Assembly: GCA_964236955.1 (NCBI GenBank) | Contig: CAXSGP010000013.1 | Location: forward strand, 1-43,219 | Direction of reading: 5' to 3' | Length of the DNA stretch: 43,219 bases | Origin: an uncultured Oligoflexus sp. | GTDB lineage: Bacteria > Bdellovibrionota_B > Oligoflexia > Oligoflexales > Oligoflexaceae | Shown here: positions 38,123-43,219 of the stretch, in pieces | How the letters are laid out: the number at the start of each line of letters is the position of its first letter | How positions within the stretch are numbered: the first letter of the stretch is position 1 | Program-made: the position numbers and the translations under genes | The notes under the pieces: generated by a model | The model's database searches: none | The model's input: only the letters and a program-made list of their open reading frames with translations | What the model was told of the DNA's origin: nothing

Positions 38123-38833
38123 ATGTCACTCATTGCGGGCCCCTATACCATTACTCTCGATGACGATCCCCTGGTCCACAAAATCATTGCCCAGGTGACC
38201 GGGATGCCATCGCTCCCATTCACCTGCCCAACAAAGCTTCTGCGCAAGGCTTCGGCGCTTAATCCCGTGGCGGTATTCCTCGACATCAATCTCAAAAAGA
38301 ATGTTTCGGGCCTGGATTGTTTGCCCGAGCTCCGTAGCTTGTGGCGTATTTCACCTATCCTCGTTATGACGGGCGATAGAGACAATGCTCTGATTGGTCG
38401 CTCGCTTGCCACGGGTGCCAATGATTTTTTAAGAAAGCCCATCAATCCCGACGAATTGATTGCCCGCATGCAGATACGCATCTGCGAAATGCAGGAAAAA
38501 CGAGGTTTTGAGGAGATAAAATTAGCTGACACGGTATTTAACCCCCGGCTCGGTACGCTTAGCAAGGGCGATCGGGTCGTCTATCTTCCGCGTCTTGAGG
38601 CCGAGATACTACTCCACCTCTCAAACGGCAGTGGTTTGACTTTCACCAAAGAAAGTATTCGTCTGCGCCTTTGGGGCAAAACCAAAGTCTGTGACAATGC
38701 GATCGATAAAAAGCTGACAACTTTGCGCAAAGCCTTTCGTGAACTGAGCTCCTCCATGGCGCTTCGAACAGTCTATGGGGGACAGGTCTCGCTTTCCCTC
38801 TCAGGCGAACGCCCCATGCAGGAAGCCCATTGA
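38123..38833 (+). CDS. OmpR/PhoB family response regulator
   Basis: LDDD, FLDINL, MTG, FLRKP; winged-helix part E..IL..L, LWG, LRK, TVYG; alternative GTG start at 38099. Confidence 0.88.
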   Translation: MSLIAGPYTITLDDDPLVHKIIAQVTGMPSLPFTCPTKLLRKASALNPVAVFLDINLKKNVSGLDCLPELRSLWRISPILVMTGDRDNALIGRSLATGANDFLRKPINPDELIARMQIRICEMQEKRGFEEIKLADTVFNPRLGTLSKGDRVVYLPRLEAEILLHLSNGSGLTFTKESIRLRLWGKTKVCDNAIDKKLTTLRKAFRELSSSMALRTVYGGQVSLSLSGERPMQEAH

Positions 38834-39066
38834 TTCTCCTTATAAGCCACTCTGCCGTTAGTCCTTTCCTCCGGCCCTGGAAAAGCCTTTCGTTGGCTCT
38901 GTATCCTTGAGCGAGGCCATCGTTTCGCTCAAGCGTGCCACCCCTGCCTAAGGGCGGTTTGTTATAAGAATTCTCAGGGCCCTACTTTCCCCTTAAAAAG
39001 CAGTTGCATGTCGTCTCATCCGCTTGCAGACTTAGGCCTTCCAGCTTGCCCTGAAGGAGAGTCCCT

Positions 39067-40521
39067 GTGATCGATCGCAAAACAATAGCGGATGAATATC
39101 CTTTTCAGTATCATATCGACGATAGTTTTCTCCTCGTGCTCGACAGCGCCTCGGCCAGCAAGGGCTGGGTTTCGGAACTTAAAGAACAGGCGATTCCGTC
39201 GCTCTCGCGCGAAATCCACTATGCACAGTTCGCGGTCGGCCTGGTGAACGGCAAACGCCCTTATGCGGTCGTCAGCTGGAAGCAGAATCAAGCCCACCGT
39301 CACCCCTTGGAAAAGCGCTGGATCCTCTCTCACTTTTATCGAAGCCTTCGTCAGCAGTGGAAGACGAGTCGCTTGAATATAGTGCTGAATCAAACGAGCG
39401 CGCAGGATATTGCTATGGCCGAAGATGCCTATCTATGTGCCATGCGACCCAACGACGAGGGCAACCAGTGGGTACAGGTCAATATCCTTCATACCAAGCC
39501 TTCGGAGACCCTTGATCCCTTTGCCAGGATACGTTTTGAAGGCCTGCAGGGTTACCGAAAGTGGATCAATGAAAACCCTGACGAGCTCACCTCGATCGAG
39601 ATCGGCAAAAGGCTCAGGAGCTTTGCCGAGGCCCATGGCTGCGGCTTCGTCGAGCTGGGTTTGGAGGAGCTTAAAAAAGAAAAGATGAACCTACTCCTGG
39701 CCGTGGGTCAGGGTTCGCTGCGTTCCCCCTCCCGCTGCTTCTATCTCACTCATAAACTGAGTCCAGGCAAAAAACCTGTCATGCTGCTCGGCAAGGGAAT
39801 TACCTTCGATACGGGTGGGATCAATATAAAAGCCTTCGAAAGTTTCGTCAACGCTATGAAAAACGATATGGGTGGCGCTGCCCTCATGTCCCACATATTC
39901 ATGGCACTCGTTAAATCCGGCTACTCAGAACCGCTGGTTCTGGCGATACCCAGCTGCGAAAACCTCGTCGATGCCAATGCGATGAAACCCGGCTCTCTCA
40001 TTCAAAGCCGCAAAGGCCCAAAGGTTTTTATCGAGCATACCGACTCCGAGGGGCGCTTGATCCTGGCTGATGCCCTATCCTATGGTCAGGACAGCTATCA
40101 ACCCCAGGTGACACTTTCAGCGGCCACTCTTACGACAGCCTCGCTCAGGCAATTCACGAACTATTTTACGGCTGTTCATTTTGCACCTGAAAAATTTCAC
40201 AATGCCCTCCATGAAGCGGGCAGGAATTGGGGCGAACGATTCAGTTTTTGGGAGGATTTTCTACCCTTTTGGAACGGCAATAATACAAAATTTGGTGATT
40301 TGACAAATATGGGTCGTCTCCCTTCCCATGCTAGTATGGGAGGGGGTTCAAATGTAGCGGCGCACTTTCTGCGGGAATTCACGACTGGGCCCTTAATTCA
40401 TTTTGATATCTTCGCGAGCTGTTGGAATTGGAGCGGCGATTATCCGGGCGCCCCGAATGGAGCCACCGGAGCTGTTTTCAATTCACTTTTTGAAACCCTG
40501 CGCAAAGGAAGCTTTTCCTAA
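39067..40521 (+). CDS. M17 leucyl aminopeptidase family protein
   Basis: GKGITFDTGG, MKNDMGGAA, HTDSEGRL, ATLT, HFDI; RBS AAGGAG. Confidence 0.9.
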   Translation: MIDRKTIADEYPFQYHIDDSFLLVLDSASASKGWVSELKEQAIPSLSREIHYAQFAVGLVNGKRPYAVVSWKQNQAHRHPLEKRWILSHFYRSLRQQWKTSRLNIVLNQTSAQDIAMAEDAYLCAMRPNDEGNQWVQVNILHTKPSETLDPFARIRFEGLQGYRKWINENPDELTSIEIGKRLRSFAEAHGCGFVELGLEELKKEKMNLLLAVGQGSLRSPSRCFYLTHKLSPGKKPVMLLGKGITFDTGGINIKAFESFVNAMKNDMGGAALMSHIFMALVKSGYSEPLVLAIPSCENLVDANAMKPGSLIQSRKGPKVFIEHTDSEGRLILADALSYGQDSYQPQVTLSAATLTTASLRQFTNYFTAVHFAPEKFHNALHEAGRNWGERFSFWEDFLPFWNGNNTKFGDLTNMGRLPSHASMGGGSNVAAHFLREFTTGPLIHFDIFASCWNWSGDYPGAPNGATGAVFNSLFETLRKGSFS

Positions 40522-40583
40522 GCGTGACTTTTACGCGAGAGCCGTTATCGGGCGCTCAATTTTCGGGAGGTTAGCCCTGTTCT

Positions 40584-41720
40584 ATGACCGATCCTACTAG
40601 CCAAGAATGGCCTCTGGAACCTAACGGTATAGCCATGGACAAAGCTGCCGGAACCCGCCCGCGTCGGCTCGGGTTGAAGATCCCTGCGGCTGCATTGGCA
40701 GCCATTTTCCTTTTTGAATGCCTCTTTCTCTTTTGGAATTGGATAGTTCCCCCATGGGCCGAAATCCGTGAAGGGAAAATTCCGCCTTCGGCTTTGATCA
40801 GGGACTACGAATCCAAACGGGAAGACGACAAAAAGCTGCCCGCTCTGCGCTGGAAACCCATCGCCAAGCCGATCCCGAGGCCGATCTCCAAAGTCTTTAT
40901 CCTTGCCGAGGATAGCCGCTTCTATGAACACGATGGCTTCGACTACGAAGCGATCGAAGCGGCCATGAAATACAACTGGCAGAAGGGCAAGCTCCTGCGT
41001 GGAGCGAGCACGATCAGCCAACAGACCGCGAAGAATATGTTTTTAAGTCTGTCGCGCAACCCTCTTAGAAAATGGCATGAAGTGCTCCTGACCTACATGC
41101 TTGAAGCCAAACTCTCCAAAGCTCAAATCCTTCATACCTACCTGAACGTTGCCGAATTTGGGCTTGGCATCTATGGTATTGAAGCGGCGGCACAAGCCTA
41201 TTTTCATACATCGGCCGGCAATCTTTCGCAGGATCAGGCCATTCAACTCGCGGCGACGCTGCCCAGCCCGAAAAAGCACAATCCCCTGACGCAATCAAAA
41301 GCCTTTCAGCAGCGCGATCGGCGGGTATCCTCGGCTATTCACATGGTCGATCAATATCTGGTTCTGCGCGGAAAAAAGGCGACAGGGGCTACCGCCGCCT
41401 TGCTCACTGAAGCTGAACTTGCTGAAAAACTTCGTGAGGTCATGGCGGACCCTGCGAGGGAAAAACCTGACGAGGGTTGGGATAATCCCGTTGCTGATGC
41501 CGATGCTAAGGGTAGCAATGGCAATGGCGCTGATCACGCCGCGGCTCCAAACGGTGGCGAGATACCGGCACAGCCTCAGTCCGGGGAAGGCAATGGTGAA
41601 GCCCTGGACGCCATGAAGAACGGCGCTATGCCTTCCCCTTCGCCTGCCCCCGATCCTCAAGCTGATGAGGCTCAGCCTGAAGCGCCCGTGGCGCCCCAAG
41701 GCCGCGTCCCCCCGGGCTGA
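40584..41720 (+). CDS. mtgA: Monofunctional peptidoglycan transglycosylase
   Basis: GT51 motifs EDSRFYEHDG, GASTISQQTAKN, RKWHE, YLN; N-terminal TM; acidic Pro-rich tail. Confidence 0.9.
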   Translation: MTDPTSQEWPLEPNGIAMDKAAGTRPRRLGLKIPAAALAAIFLFECLFLFWNWIVPPWAEIREGKIPPSALIRDYESKREDDKKLPALRWKPIAKPIPRPISKVFILAEDSRFYEHDGFDYEAIEAAMKYNWQKGKLLRGASTISQQTAKNMFLSLSRNPLRKWHEVLLTYMLEAKLSKAQILHTYLNVAEFGLGIYGIEAAAQAYFHTSAGNLSQDQAIQLAATLPSPKKHNPLTQSKAFQQRDRRVSSAIHMVDQYLVLRGKKATGATAALLTEAELAEKLREVMADPAREKPDEGWDNPVADADAKGSNGNGADHAAAPNGGEIPAQPQSGEGNGEALDAMKNGAMPSPSPAPDPQADEAQPEAPVAPQGRVPPG

Positions 41721-41806
41721 CCCTTGGACGGAAGACCATGAGTCGCCCTGAGTTCACTCCCCAGGGCTGCGGATGCCATGGTATTTTGAAATCCCTACGG
41801 AGCGAA

Positions 41807-43219
41807 CTAAGCGCTCTTAGAAACCTCAAGATTTATGCCCTTGCTCGCCAAAAGCGCAACAAAGGCTTCCTTCTCGATCGCCTTCATGTAAGCGTCCTTG
41901 ACATCAACCACACCCTTAACAACCAGATTCAACAGAGAATCGTTGAGCATGATGTTCCCTTTGGCCTTCTGCGTTTGCATGTGATTCCCCATCATATGGG
42001 TATTGCCCTCGCGAATCAGCGCCGCAACCGCTTTATCGACGACCAGGATTTCAAGCGCCGCGACCCGGCCGCCGCCCTTCTTTCTAACAAGCGTCTGAGC
42101 GACGACACCCTTCAGGGATTCGGCAAGCATCACTCGAATCTGCTCCTGCTGATTCGAAGGGAACTGATCGATCAGACGATCGACGGTGGAAATCGCTGTG
42201 TTGGTGTGAAGCGTACCAAATACCAGGTGACCTGTTTCCGCCGTCTCAATCGCGATTTCAACTGTTTCCAGATCCCGCATCTCACCGATGAGGATAATAT
42301 CCGGATCCTCCCGCAGCGCCGCGCGCAGGGCACGTGAGAAAGAACTTGTGTGCTTATGCACTTCCCGCTGGTTCAAAAGGCATTTTTTCTGTTTATGCAC
42401 AAATTCAATGGGATCCTCGATGGTGAGAATATGCTCGCTGCGTGTGTCATTGATCAGATCGACCATGCCGGCAAGAGTGGTTGATTTACCGCTACCCGTA
42501 GGGCCGGTGACAACAACCATACCCTTGGACAGTTCGCAGAATTTGCGAACGGCCGGCGGTAAACCCAAGGCATCAGCGGAAAGAATTTTTTCGGGTATTT
42601 GCCGCAACACCGCACCCACTCCCATTCGATCCCGAAATATATTGACGCGGAAACGGGCAAGTCCCGGTATTTCATAGGCAAAGTCAGTATCATTGCCTTT
42701 GGAGAATTCCTCGCGGTTACGGGGTGGGATGATAGGATCAAGGATCTGCTTCATATAGTCCTCACGCACGATTTCGGTACCGATCCGTTCAATTTCGCCA
42801 TCGATACGCATACAGAGCACTTCGCCCATCGTCGCATGAAGGTCGGACGCCTTGCGCTTGATCATATCCTCCAAAACCGCATCAATGGGAAAGGCGCGAC
42901 CATTACGATCAATCGTTTCACCAGGAATAAAGGCTCCAAAGTGAATGACGTTTTTTTCGGGCGCGGGGGCCGGCACATAGATCGATGAGGACCGGTCAGC
43001 AAACGACTGCGCTTCCTGATAGCGATAGTCCTCTTCATCGTCAAGCGGCGCGCTAAAAGGCACGGCATGAAGGGTGGGTCGATTTTCAAAACCCATATCC
43101 TGATTGTTGATTTCAGAATTCAAAGGGGCAAAATCCGACCTTATGGGTGTTACGGAATTAAATAGGGCACGATTGCTGTTGGGACTGTTCGGTAGAAACG
43201 GCGCTGAATGCGCAGCGGC
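41807..43219 (-). CDS. pilT: Type IV pilus retraction ATPase PilT with long N-terminal extension (5' partial)
   Basis: ASDLH, RFRVN, GPTGSGKST, EDPIE, ALREDPD..GEMRD, GHLVFGTLH, AVAALIRE; frame stays open to the window edge. Confidence 0.92.
   Translation of the reverse strand, partial: AAAHSAPFLPNSPNSNRALFNSVTPIRSDFAPLNSEINNQDMGFENRPTLHAVPFSAPLDDEEDYRYQEAQSFADRSSSIYVPAPAPEKNVIHFGAFIPGETIDRNGRAFPIDAVLEDMIKRKASDLHATMGEVLCMRIDGEIERIGTEIVREDYMKQILDPIIPPRNREEFSKGNDTDFAYEIPGLARFRVNIFRDRMGVGAVLRQIPEKILSADALGLPPAVRKFCELSKGMVVVTGPTGSGKSTTLAGMVDLINDTRSEHILTIEDPIEFVHKQKKCLLNQREVHKHTSSFSRALRAALREDPDIILIGEMRDLETVEIAIETAETGHLVFGTLHTNTAISTVDRLIDQFPSNQQEQIRVMLAESLKGVVAQTLVRKKGGGRVAALEILVVDKAVAALIREGNTHMMGNHMQTQKAKGNIMLNDSLLNLVVKGVVDVKDAYMKAIEKEAFVALLASKGINLEVSKSA

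Overview
Bacterial chromosomal window of moderate GC. The gene families, many orphan lipoproteins and the signalling architecture suggest Bdellovibrionota/Oligoflexia, which is inference only. In order: a probable unannotated 6S RNA (about 209-395); a membrane-anchored coiled-coil protein plus trmH; two lipoproteins; an ndk-tex-mtnP-thioesterase-methyltransferase operon; an AsmA-like beta-rich protein, lipoproteins (one with a zinc-protease motif) and an alpha/beta hydrolase; terC; trpS followed by a DUF455 ferritin-like di-iron domain fused to an ATP-grasp ligase; a YeeE/YedE pair; oxyR and ahpCF with OxyR boxes; a ~14 kb signalling island (hybrid kinase, Hpt, double pseudo-receiver/TPR protein, two single receivers, cheA, MCP, cheW, a CheR-CheB fusion lacking a receiver, and a divergent OmpR-type regulator); an M17 aminopeptidase, mtgA and a pilT that runs off the window. 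The best leads are the di-iron/ATP-grasp fusion behind trpS, a tandem dimer of a 120-bp MITE-like palindromic element carrying a near-consensus sigma28 promoter, the CheR-CheB fusion, and a kinase with a decayed, internally deleted ethylene-receptor-like sensor. No CRISPR array, rRNA, tRNA or transposase was seen. All calls come from reading motifs by eye; no searches were run.
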